From assembly GCF_009914755.1 (NCBI RefSeq), contig NC_060931.1: DNA of 64,000 nt, one strand, 5' to 3'. The position numbers and the translations under genes were made by a program. The stretch's first letter is position 1. The number at the start of each line of letters is the position of its first letter. Shown one piece after another: positions 29,856 to 45,765 of the stretch. Under the pieces are notes generated by a model, which saw nothing but the letters and a program-made list of their open reading frames with translations, had not been told where the DNA came from and did no database searches. The DNA is from the human T2T-CHM13v2.0 reference genome, Homo sapiens.

Positions 29856-31220
29856 GAATGATAACGATAACACATTTTTTAAATGGGAGTTTCTTGTTAC
29901 TATTTAACCAAAATTTATTGACCATCAATTATGTGGCAGGCACTATCATTGTCCCTGGAAATTCAGGGATACACAAGATACGAGCCCATTGTCAAGGTGC
30001 TGATAATCTAGGAGAGGAATCAGACAGGTGTACAAGGTGAGGCATAATGAAGCCAATACTGCAGGGTAGGAGCATAAGCCAATGGGAATGGATGGGCAGG
30101 TGCAAGTCATTTTGATTGAGAGGCTCAGGAAAACTCGGAGGAAGTGCACTTCAAGAATCATACCTTTCTAAGTTGAAAGAAACCTTTTTCTTAGGGCATA
30201 TAAAATTGGGAGGAGGGGGTGGATAATGGCTTCTTCTCAAAGATCCCTTTAACTCCAAACTCTATTTTGTATCTGAAGACTGGTCCTTGTACTACAAGGT
30301 CACATAGCTGGTTGCAGCCCTCAAGTTAGAATTCTATGGCCGTGTAGTCCTACGGAATTTCATCCCTTTGTTTTTCCTGTGGGCCATTTTTCCCCAATTG
30401 CTAAACCTTATTTTGCATGATTTTCTGCTAGAATTCAGCTGGCCAGCCAAATTTAGTATTGCCTGACAGTTTGACAGCCACATACTCAATTCCTTTGTCC
30501 AGATCACAAAGCCTCTGACTAGAATAGATCCACCCTCAACCCAGAGCAGGTGGCTTACCACTAGGTATGTCCCAGGCTACTTTCCAAAGATCTTTGCCAA
30601 GGACAGGATGGGTGTGAAAGGACCTCAGGCTTGTGACGGAAGGAAGTAATAAGCTCGATTGGAAATTCTATTACATTAAGAAAAGGCAGCCATGGAAATA
30701 AAGCTAAATAATCCTACTGAGCTCAGCAAGATAAATATATATGTATTTTATCCGTGTTGAAAATAGAGGAAGGAGAAAGAATGGAAGACAACTTGTATAG
30801 TTTGTTATCTCTAAAGCATCTACATCTTGTTGCTTGGGAGGGTCTCCAGTAGATGTGCCAGCTGGGGCTTCAAGATCAGAATTTGCATTTAGGAAGTTCA
30901 CTTTCATGGGGTTTATCCATCTGTGTTAAAATGGTAGCTGTTCTTGAGGGTGAGGTGGACTCCCACAGGTAGGTCTCGGCGGTGCCCTTCCATGCTGTCT
31001 TCATTAGCTCTGGTTCCCTTGAAACTTTGTGGCCAAGAATCAGGTGAAATCTTAAATTTATTAGGAGAAAAAAAAAAGGAGAGTGAAAATTCAGTCAACA
31101 GAGCACGTACTACCACCAAGAACCTCCTAGAATCCACATTCTCTCCACATTTTATAGTCTTCTCCTTATCTACATGATCTCATATTTTCACTATTGGTAT
31201 AAATGGGATGATTAATACAC

Positions 31221-31620
31221 TGTGATGGTCTAATTTTATGTGTCAACTTGGCTAAGCGATGGTGCCCAGATATTTGGTCAAACACCAGTCTGAATGTTGC
31301 TGTAAAAATATTTTTTTAAAGATGAGGTTAATATTTAAATCAGTAGACTTTGAGTAAAACAAATTACCCTCTGTAATACAGGTGGGCCTCATTTAATCAG
31401 TTGAAGAAATGCTTACTTGAAAACAGAGTGAAGTCCCCAGAAGGAGAAGGGAATTCTGCCTTAGATTGCCTCTGGACTCAAGTCGCAACATTAACCCTTC
31501 TATGGGTCTCCAGCCTGCCAGGTTACCCTGCAGGTTTTTGGACTTGCCCCAGCCTCCACAATTATGTGAGTCAATTCCTTAGAATCAGTCTCTCATGCTC
31601 TCTCTCTCTCTCTCTCTCTC
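31221..31620 (+). mobile_element. MLT2 (ERVL) LTR, MLT2C/D-like, ending in (CT)n
   Basis: tgtgatggtctaattttatgtgtcaacttggct...cagcctccacaattatgtgagtcaattcctta. Confidence 0.85.
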
Positions 31621-32239
31621 TGTCCCCAGATAAAATCTCACCTGCTACTTAGCAGAGGAAAACTAGGCTCCAGATGTAAACTCCTTTCACTTTCCACTCC
31701 TATACTCAAGGAATCACCTGGGCTTGCACGTGTCCTCACCTTGTACCTTCAAAGCTGAGAGAAGATGATCCATTTTCTGTTCTGAGTTGGTCTGTCCACC
31801 TGTGCTCTTGATCCGAACCCTTCCCATCTTCCCCCAAACTGAGACCTTGCTTCATCTGTTATCCCCTTTCCAGTACTTACAGCTGTGCATCCACTGCCCT
31901 CCCTAATACTTAAAAGCATGCTCGAATATCTCCCATGTTTTACAAAAATAAGCAAAACACCATCTCTTTGAACGCCTTATCTCTCTCCTTTCCACCTCTC
32001 CCAGTCTTGTCCCCACTCTCATATCCTGCTAGTGTTCCAGTGACTACTAAGGTTCAGAAAAGAGGCCGGGGTTGGTGTCCATAGAACAGAGCCAGCTTTA
32101 ATGCCTGGAGGTTTCCAATAATTATGAAGAGAATCCCCCAGGCATCACCAGTCCAACGGGCTAAATCCGAGGGAACTCTAAAGAGAAAGGTTAAAACAGC
32201 TGGTCATAGGCATCAGGAAGACATATAAGAAATACAGCT

Positions 32240-32642
<403 letters not shown>

Positions 32643-32659
32643 TTAATCTACCAACAAGT

Positions 32660-33007
32660 ATGGAAGAGACCAAATTCATTTCTTTTTCCTCCTAGACACA
32701 GAGACTTCATTTCTCAGCCTGCTTTGACATAAGTGGGTCCGGGGTATTGTGCAAAGTGTATTGCCTTTAGGTCTGATCCATAACCCCTCCCCTCATCCAC
32801 CCAGCTCTTCTCCAGATGATCTTCCTCTATCTGGCAGTTAGCAGAACCACAAAATGGAAGGAACATGAACTGAATTTCCATGTGGAAGGTTGCCCATTGA
32901 ATACTCATTTGGACTATTTTACACGTGGAGTCAACCTTTATTATACTAAGCCAGGAAGATTCAAGGGTTCATCTGTTAAAGCAGCTAGAGTCCCTACCTA
33001 ATTGCAC
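32660..33007 (+). mobile_element. MLT1J-like LTR remnant inserted into a MIR (MIR pieces ~32575-32660 and ~33010-33160)
   Basis: catttctcagcctgcttt...aacctttattatactaagcca...tgttaaagcagc. Confidence 0.5.
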
Positions 33008-33354
33008 AAGCCCACAAGTAGTGCTATTACTATTGTCATTTTCAAATAAGGCTTTTCAAGCAGAGAGTAGCTTTCCCAAGGCCTCAACGAGTAAGTACCA
33101 GAGTCAAGATTCAAATCCAAGCCATTTGGTGCCAAAGCCTATGCTGGTAGCCACTAGTTCTCTCCTATAAGGAGTAGTGGGGATGAATGAGATAATGCAT
33201 ACACAGTGTTAGCATAGTGAAGGAAGCATGGCCACTGTTAAATAAAGTCAACTCAATGTACTTGTTCATGATTATTATGAATGTCCTGAGGTCCTTCGTA
33301 GACTCTTCTTCCAGTCCCATCCTGATGCCCCAACCCTCAATGTGGGGGCACATT

Positions 33355-34220
33355 TCTGTCACCTGAAGAAAAGGAGCCATGAAAAAATAGGCAAATTTGT
33401 ATTCTAATAAACCCTAACTCACACCTATTATGTGTCTCTGACCAACTATAGGGAATAAAATATTTGCTACCTTTCTGCTGTCTTTTTCTGTGTGATTATA
33501 GCTATATATTGAGGTTTCATGTGCAAATTGGGGCAATGTATGTATGTGTTGCTTGTAGAACAGGTCTATTTGCACTGTGGTAAAATTACAGATCTGTCCT
33601 GGTCTGGGTTTTTTATCACCAGATTGAAAGAACCTCTTCATACGTATGTGTATCAATTTGGAAGTTAGGGGAATAGCTAATATGATAGAAGACAAAACCC
33701 AGACTTCAACTGTTCTCAACAGGCTGGAATGATGGGCAAGAGCCAGGAAGAAATTTAATAGAGAAAAATAAATGGCAGAATTTTAGAAGAAAAGACCTTA
33801 TAGGTCATTGACTGGAGCCTCTGATTAAATCCTTGAACTAGATAGATTTCCTCCCTCCTGATTTTTACTATTCTAATCACACCTGTTTCTGATGACCTCT
33901 GAGTGTGTGAAGAAATTACTGTATCTGTTTAAAAATCTTGTTAAATTCCAATTAAATGAACTGGGATAGCTTAGATTTTTAAACCCCAAGCTTTTAAAGT
34001 ACATATATCAGAGGCAGACTTGTATTTAATCCCGTGTGTGTGATCTGTACTTTGGAAAGTGTTTAGTGAATACGCTTCAGTTTTGTTTGTTATTGATTGG
34101 TACAGTAGTTCTGGCAGGGAAACCATGGTGAAGCTACAATTTAACTGGTCATTTTATGTATATCTGTCACCTGAAGAAAAGGAGCCACAAAAAAATACGC
34201 AAATATGTATTCTAATAAAC
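33355..34220. repeat. 58-bp non-tandem direct repeat (33355-33412 and 34163-34220)
   Basis: 54/58 identical. Confidence 0.92.
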
Positions 34221-34447
34221 TTGAAGTCAGGTAAATAGAACAAATTTATTAGTTTCCTATATGAGAGAAGTGTTCGTAGGTTTGATGTCTAATAAATTTG
34301 CTAAAGCTGAATGCTCCTCAAAATGTTCTAATGTTAACCTAAAAAATTCAAGGTAAACTAGTCCCACTTAAGTACAAGGTAAAAGCAAAGGGTTAGACTG
34401 AACAAAGAGTGGTAATATCATCACTAATAATTACAACAATCTTTCTT

Positions 34448-34566
34448 TTTTATTTCAATAGCTTTTGGGGTACAAGTGGTTTTGGTTATGTGGATGAATT
34501 GTATAGTGGTGAAGTCTGACGCTTTAATGCACCCATCACCTGGGTAGTGTATATTGTACCCAACAA
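34448..34566 (-). mobile_element. Very short (~120 bp) L1PB 3' end with 13-bp TSD
   Basis: tatttcaatagcttttggggtacaagtggtttt...; TSD aacaatctttctt at 34435-34447 and 34567-34579. Confidence 0.88.
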
Positions 34567-34574
34567 AACAATCT

Positions 34575-34740
34575 TTCTTAAATTGCAAAAGACATCAGAG
34601 TCACTTTGAGTGCTTAACAAAATGCAGATTCCTGAGTCCTGTCCCAAGACTATCAACCTGGAATCGCTGTGGACAGGGCCTAGGCCTGTATTTTAACAAG
34701 GTCCTAACATATTTTTTTAGGCATATGTGAATCTCTGGAC
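34575..34740. mobile_element. MER5-family hAT remnant
   Basis: aaaatgcagattcctg...tgtattttaacaag. Confidence 0.65.
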
Positions 34741-36049
34741 TAGAAAGAAAATATCTAGATATTCCTATTTCCTTACAGAAATAGATAATTCATGATTTAA
34801 AACAATAGTTTATGTTCTGCTAGTACTAGTTTATGCTGATCTGGTTTTATTGAAGATTTGTATTTTTATGCAAAAATATAGCAGAGCAGAAAAGCATGCT
34901 ATTCAACACTCTATAGAAAGCCTAGTGGTTTGGATTATAAATCCATAACCAAGTTACCTCCCATTTCATCAGTGGCAGGGCACCTAATGGCAATCAAGTA
35001 CCTGGAAGCTAAAAAGCATCCACCACTGTCGGGCTGTAAGCCCAACCTCTGGTCATAGTAAAGACTGCAGTGAGAATGACCAAGTCAAAATAGAAAGTCC
35101 ACATCTTTCCCATTTATTTTAATTGTAGGTCAGTGAATGTTTTCATATCTGCTCCCCTGCTCATTATTATCTGTGTGCCATTATGAGTCCTCGCTACACT
35201 GAACTCAGCTCCCCTTGTGTCCCTTTCAATCTGCTCTGGAGGCTAGTTTTTGCCCTGGGCCTGGCAAGTCCTGGGCAGGTCTTCAGATTTGTCTCATCCT
35301 GTTAGTCATGAGAGTAAGTTTCTTATAGTTAATATGCCCAGTCCCAGATAATACTTAATCCCATCTGAAGCTTTGCTGCTCCCTCAACTCTGTACTGCCT
35401 GCCGAACAGGACTGGGGCAGATGGCTGCTTTTCTTTCTCTACTGGCTCTTAACTACTTGCTAGCTGCTATTTCTGGCCCTGATGAGGATGGATAAAGGGA
35501 TTCAGGAAAGGGTACAGTTTCTGGCTGCTGTGCAGTTGGTGGCCTCTGGCCTTGCAGAATTTCCAAGTACACTCTTCACTCAAACTTTATCTCTGTAGTT
35601 TCTCTGAGATGGCCCTCAAGAGCTTCCCAATGGTGTCGTAGTAGACCAGGTGCTGACTCCCCACAATGGCTGTGTCAGCTTCCAACACTCAGGCTCTCCA
35701 CTGCAAGGGTATACCCCTCTGCTGGTTCAGTTCATCCCACCAGACAGAGGTTATGGGCCAGGTCCCTTTGCAGATGACTCTGGGTCATCTCCATCCAGCA
35801 TATCACACATATGGTCCACCAGGAAACATCATTGCTCTACAGGTACACGTGCAAGTGCACATTGCTCCCAGGGCAGTTCTCTGTGTCTCTATCTCTGCCT
35901 CTCAATCTCTGCTCTGCCACTTCAAGCCTTTTTCTTTTATATTTTCAAGCAAGTATTAGATACTAGTTCCTAATATTCCCTAAGAGACATGTCAGGCTCT
36001 CTGAGTGATCCCAGCAATGCCTGCTGATTTGAGAGGAGTGCAAAGCATC

Positions 36050-38636
<2,587 letters not shown>

Positions 38637-39117
38637 GCATCAAAACTCTAAGCATATGGATGACTCCTTCCGTGGGACAATGGCAAGTGATGGACTAACT
38701 GCAGCAACACTGATTTCTTAAGCTCGTGAGGTATTTTGCATGTGGTTCAACACCTTCTAGTATATGCGGGACATGACATCTATTCCATTGTTCTCTATCT
38801 TTAGGGATTTGGTGGAAACAGTAGACCTCAGGAAGACTGGTATTAAACATCCTATTACATGTGTACATTCATAGACATGCCATTGTGTGCCAATTGAGCA
38901 TGGGAGAGAGGGAGAACTTATCTGGATGGTATGTTCTTTAGAAGATAGCATCAGTGAGAATAAATATGAAGATACATGGTAAATATAAAGTAGAGAATTT
39001 TAGGAAATAGAGTAAGTGAAGAGGAAGGAGAAAACCACCAAAAAAGTAGTAGGGAGGATAGAAAATTTCAGAAGAACAAGTGAACAAAGAATTTGAAGAA
39101 ATAATTAACATTTTAGA

Positions 39118-39429
<312 letters not shown>

Positions 39430-40153
39430 TCACAGAACCTCAGTAGAGAAGGGAAAGGTACACTGAGCAGAAACTTGGCAACCCAGCTCCCCTGTGACCC
39501 TGATGATCAGCTGGGCATGGAACCATTTTCCTGGTCTACCTATCCTGAATGTTACAGATGCTCGGAAACACTGTTGGTTTCCTCTCACTGTCATGTTTCA
39601 GCTCTATTAATCCTCCGCATGTCCTTTGGGAACCACTGGACTAGAGGATGTCTAAGGTCAAGTCAAGCTCTGGGAGTCTACAAGGCACTCTATTATCTAA
39701 AGACAGTCATTTTGGGAGCTCAGCTCCACAGCCTTCCTTCAGAGTGGCAGTATCCTGAGTAGAAACTGAGACTAAGGTGGAAATTAGGCTGTGTCTCTGG
39801 AATAGCAAATAGACTCAACTTCTTAAGCATGTTCATTTATAAGCAGAACCCAGCTGGGACTTGGCAACAGAGGATGCTAGCTTCCGGGAGCCTGCTAGAC
39901 ACTGTAGGTCAAGGTAATGTGGTGACAGGGTTGGGCCCTGCAGCATCCAGGTAAGCCCAGTATTGCCAAGGCCAGGGACTGGAGCTGTGAGAAGATAAGA
40001 TAACTCCCTTGTGTAGTTGTTCCAGAAAGCAGGCTACAGAGTTGCTAAAATAAGTGGAATTAGAGTAAAGGAAGGGCCAGGAGACCCTATGAGCAAGAAG
40101 GAAACAGAGCAAGAACTAAAAGGAAGAAGAGATCTATAAGAATGGAGCTCAGG

Positions 40154-40470
<317 letters not shown>

Positions 40471-41039
40471 AAGAATGAGCTCAGAAAGTGCTTGGTGGAT
40501 CCAGGCAACTCAGGCAACCCAAAACCCTTGGTTTCCAAAGCTTCCAAGAGGCAGACAGAGGTAGAAGCAGGGACGACACCAACTGCCCATGCCTTCCCCC
40601 AGCTTCAGGAAACCCAGCCCAAAGAGCCACAAAGAAGGGTGACAACTGGGGGTACATGGAAAGGGCATTCAATCCATGCTTAGATATTTGAGTGAAACAA
40701 GATTGGACCATTACTTCACTGTTGATGTGTAACTGAAGTGATGAAGTGGTTTTTCTAGGGAGCTTGGAACGTCAGCTCCATTATTTTAGAACTGTGCAAT
40801 GTATTATCAGCAGTTCCAACGGAGAAGTTGCTTTAAACAGCTGTAAATTGTGCATTTTTAACCCACAGGCTTGGGATGGAGTTTGGCAGTGAGGAGACTT
40901 AGTGTAACAGAAGAAAGTCATCCAAGATGCCTGAGGAAAGAAACCTTCAATTGAGGTGGCTTTAGTGATGCCCTTTATATTAAGTGCTCTGTATACTGGG
41001 TAACATCCGTGGGCCCAAGAGAAGTCTCAGATGTGGCCC

Positions 41040-41213
41040 AGAAAGAAGAACAAGAGAGAAAGAGAGAAGAGAGAAGCTGAGAGAAGGGGAGGGGAAGGGA
41101 AGGGGGGATGGGGAAGGGAGCGGAGGAGGGAGAAGGAGGGGGAGGGGGAGGGGAGGAGGAGGGGGAGGGGGGACGGGAGGAGGAGGGGGAGGGGGGACGA
41201 GAGGAGAGGAGAA
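41040..41213. repeat. GA/G-rich polypurine tract with an internal perfect 24-bp tandem duplication
   Basis: gggaggaggagggggaggggggac at 41151-41174 and 41175-41198. Confidence 0.9.
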
Positions 41214-41329
41214 TCCAGGCTGCAGTGATGGAGTGGAATATGACACCATTCAGTGAGGTACAAGGCCACAGCTTCCCCAGCTTTGGGAAACTTCCCTAAG
41301 GAGGGAATAACCTCCAGGACCCCCCTCCC

Positions 41330-42130
41330 CGATCCCCACCGGGCCTCAGGTGCCCTCCCTAGCCAGCACGTGAGTTCTCTCCAGTGGTGCGACCTGTTCT
41401 GCTCATGATCTGTCTGCTACTAGCCAGCCGGCTGGAAAATGTGGCCAAGAAAACCGCAGAGACCAATGTTCGGAGGAGAAAACCAGAAAGAGGGGCCTGC
41501 CTGGCCCCTTTGATCCTTTATGGCCGATTCCGTGGACATTGCTGCTCCTCACGCCGGCAGCCCTCTCTTGAGTACCTCAATTGCAGTCTCCAGACCCTCC
41601 ACCCCGCCAGGCATTCCTGGGTCGGTGTCCCAGTCGGTCACAGTCATCGGATCCTCCTGCAGAGCAGTAGAAAGTCCGGGAGGGGCCCGTGCCCATGGCT
41701 CCAGGAAAGGAGCGGCCAGGTACCTGCCAGGGGAGACCAGGCACTTCCAGGTGCGACCAGGTACCTCCCAGGTGCGGCCAGGCGCCGCCTCATCTCTCGG
41801 TGGGCGAGTGTATTTATTCCAAACCCAGACTGAGAGGTGACAGCTTCAAGTCTGCTCGGGAAGGAAACACCTCGCAGGCCAAGCACAAAGGGGCTTACTC
41901 GTTTCTTTTCTGCAGCGGCAGCTTTCCCCCTCCCTCCTGTTTCTCCGCTTTCCCTCCTTTCCCTCCACCATTCCTCGCCCACTCCTGCCCTTCCCGGGTG
42001 GGACACGTGAGCTGCTTTGCTGCCCGGATGGAGGCTCTAGGGCTCCGCAGCTCCCAAGGCGCTTCTGGATGAGTCTGCGGCGCGTGAAGCGACAGCCCTG
42101 CGCCAGCCTCGTGGCCCACACCTGCGGCTT
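41330..42130. promoter_or_regulatory. Non-repeat CpG-rich segment (borderline CpG island); candidate enhancer/promoter
   Basis: About 42 CpGs by hand count in ~800 bp of GC-rich unique DNA, far above the flanks. Confidence 0.6.
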
Positions 42131-42795
42131 GATGTGTCTCTTAAAGGGCCCTTCCCTCTTTCCCGCTGCAGCTGACCTCTCTTCAGCCTCCTCGCTCACC
42201 TTAGTTTCACCTACTCCAAGTTCTTGCCCTCTCAGTGTTTGTCCCCTACAACCCCTTTCCTTCCCGTATTGACTTTCACCATTACCTTCTCTTCCGGTTC
42301 TCTCATTTACATGTCTGTTTTTATCTTCACTGTTTAGCCGGGGTCTCACCCCTTACCTCCGTCCCCATTAACCCAGCCTTCTCCCTCCTTTTCGTCTTCT
42401 CAATGTTTTTGAACCCCTTTTCCTCAGTTAGCCATGAGTAACACTTGACAGCAGTAGAACCTGGCTTACTTGCAAACTAGAAAGAGGTCCTAGAAATAAC
42501 TAAATTTAGGACACACTTCACGGACATATTAAACAGAGCACAGATAATGTACTTAAACCTTTCTTGATGACTCAGGTGGGCAGTGTTCAGGATGAGCTGT
42601 GGTGGGAGGAACTTCATGGATTGACTACACTTTGAGGTCAGCATGGTTGGGTTATCAAATTGCAGAATCAGCAGCTTTATCCTTTTGATTCACCAGGAGC
42701 AATCACACATTGTAGAGTCACACTATAACATTCGCAAGAGAACAAAGACAAAACTAGATCATCAGTGTATTGATTTATTAGGGGGGATAAACTGT

Positions 42796-43170
42796 TAGTG
42801 GTAGAGATGGGCTAGATGCTCACCAATCCTGTTTCTTCTGCTTGGGCACATAGGGAGACTATATTCCACAGCCTCACTTGCAGTTAGGTGAAACAATGTG
42901 ATTGAGTTCTACCCAGGTGAATGTGGGCAGAAGTGATATATGCCACTTGTAGATATACCCAAAAAATGTCTCAGGTGCTGGAAGTGAAGGACTTCGCAAT
43001 GGAGGAGAAACACAGTAGAAGGATCCTGGATACATAAGTCACCACATGGAAGACAGCCACCAGGAGAGATGCCTGACTCACATTGGACTATCATGTGGAC
43101 AAGAAATAAAATGTTATTGTGTTGAGACACTGTGCTTTAGAGACTGTTTATAAGTTAGCATTAGTATATC
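42796..43170 (+). mobile_element. MLT1J-like LTR
   Basis: cagcctcacttgcagttagg...gaatgtgggcagaagtga...agaaataaaatgttattgtgtt. Confidence 0.75.
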
Positions 43171-43687
43171 TTTACAGGGGAAAAATAACTTGTTTCCACT
43201 GTTCCAAATACCCATTTCCCATACCAAGGTATATAAAAAACCTTGTTGTCAGAGGCTTGCTTGGTAAGCATGAAATAGAACAAAGCCCTGAGAGTTAGTT
43301 TATTTAACTGCAATTCAACTTAAGCAAGACTTTTTGCTTTAGCTTAGAATACTGGAAAAAAGTTGATATTGCAAGTAAGGTGGGAAGGGCATTTAAATGG
43401 TCATTTTTGAAACATAGGGTACCATCTAACTACCTGTTCATCTTTTGATTTAGGAGGAAAGAGGAGCATGAGAACTCAGAAGAAATTGTACCTACTCAGA
43501 AGTGTGGAGTGAGGATAGACGTTCCCAGATTCAAAGGCATCATGAAGTGTCATGACAAGATAGAAAAGACTTTGGGCTGGCCAAGAAGGAACTGGATAAA
43601 ATTATGAGTGAGGTAGGTGTTAGTTAAGTTCCAGGCACACATATGGTTTGCCATCTTGTCAACATCTCCATGTGGTTGCCTAATCAG

Positions 43688-44008
43688 TGTTAACAGAAAA
43701 ACTTTTGACAAATTAAATTTAACAGAGTTTATTTGAGCAAAGAATGATTCATGAGTTGGGCAGCACTCAGAACTAGAAGAGGTTTGGAGACTGCCCTGCA
43801 AAGTGGGCAGCGAGTACTTATAGACAGAAAATGGAAGTGGAGTACAGAAATAGCTTGATTGGTTACAGCTAGGTGTTTGCATTATTTGGACATGGTCTGA
43901 TCAGTTGGCTAACTCAGTTGGCTGAGTTAGCTTGCAGTTTGCTACATAGTGAGTCAAAGTAGAGAAACAGCCTCAGGCAAATGGCCTCCTGCTTATTTAA
44001 TTTAATAC
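43688..44008 (-). mobile_element. ERV1-class solo LTR (MER93/MER57-like), probably internally deleted
   Basis: tgttaacagaaaaact...aacagagtttatttgagcaaagaatgattcatga...tgattggttacagct. Confidence 0.65.
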
Positions 44009-44009
44009 A

Positions 44010-44560
44010 GGCCTTCCAAATCTAGCAAATCCAAAACTTCCTCTCAAAGCCCCTCCCATCTTAATAAACATTTATTCTATTTTTCCAATTTCTTGGACCA
44101 GAAACCATAAAGCTTGTCTTAAGTCATCTCTTTCTCTCATGCTCCACATTAAGTCCATTAGCAAATTCTGTATGCCCTACATCAAAATATGTCCAGAAAT
44201 CAGCTACCTCTACCATCAGGCTGTGCCACCTTGTTCCAAGCTACAAACTTCTCTTCCCTATGGAAGTACAAAGGTCTCCTAATTGCCCTCCCTGCTTCCA
44301 GCCTTGCTCCCCTACTATCTATTTGCAGTCACAACATTTTTATTTTAAGATGGAAATCAGATTACATTATTCAAACTCTCCAAATGATTGCCATCTTACC
44401 ATAAATGAAATCCCAAGTTCTGATAGTGGTTTCCATGATCTGTGCCCCTGCTTCATGAGAAGAGGAACTTAGTCTGTTTTGTTCTGTTTTGTTTAATGCT
44501 GTGTTCCCAGCAAGAATGCTGCCTGGCACACATTAGGATTGACTAAATATTTATTGAATG
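44010..44560 (+). mobile_element. L2 remnant
   Basis: tgcctggcacac...aaatatttattgaatga. Confidence 0.7.
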
Positions 44561-44776
44561 ATGGACATAGAGGTAGAGACTGGGAAGAAAAAAAAAGGAA
44601 AGAAGAATATTTGAGGCCATAGTCACAAACATATACAGCATGGATTTAATGACCTTTGGTGGTGATAGCTCAAATGCTACAACATGAGAATGTCACCATT
44701 GTATAAGGAAGATCTTGGAACACACTCAGTTTCCTATTTTTTATGAAAAATGTGAGGCTTTCCCCAATGAAAATGA

Positions 44777-45134
<358 letters not shown>

Positions 45135-45439
45135 TTCCTCATTTATAACATCATTCATAAATTCTTTTAATTTAGAAAGTTCTACTAAAAACTAGAAGAC
45201 ATGTACCACTATGTAGCTTAATGTGCACATGTCAAGGGCATTGTATATTCAGATACTGTATTTCCTTTGATAGATGCAACCTTGCAGGTGGATGTTAATG
45301 AATAAGCATAACCAAAAATATGGAACATCGCTCTAAATCTGTTCTATTGGATATGAGGAGTCCCAGCTCATTTCCTCATTGTCTCTTGTTTTCCTTGGCA
45401 CACCATCCCTGTGGGTAGTGATTCGGGTCTCACCTCTGC

Positions 45440-45765
45440 TTTATGTCATCCTTCAGGTTCTAGCTTAAATGTCTCTTCTCAGAGAAACCATCCCTGACCA
45501 CTATCTAAAGTAGGCAGCCTCTACCTGGTAATTCTCCTTCATAGAGTCCTCTTGTTTTCCTTTGCAGCACTTATCAATGATCTGTAATCACATATTGGTT
45601 TCTTGCCATTTATTCAATGTTACCTATCTTCCCAGAGTGTAAGCCCCTTGAGGTCAGGACCATGTCTATTTTGTCACAATGGGATGCCTAGTGCTTGACT
45701 TCAGTAGACACTCCATAGTAGACGCTGCATAGGTATTCGGTGGATACGAGAGTGAAACAGTGAAT
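45440..45765 (+). mobile_element. L2 remnant
   Basis: tgtaagccccttgaggtcaggaccatgtc. Confidence 0.65.

Noticed and set aside
40980-41299. Pro-rich and Gly/Glu/Arg-rich ORFs
   Set aside because: Translation artefacts of the polypurine low-complexity tract
41384-42349. Overlapping 100-167 aa ORFs on both strands
   Set aside because: Expected from stop-codon scarcity in GC-rich DNA; no recognisable domain or processed-pseudogene hallmarks
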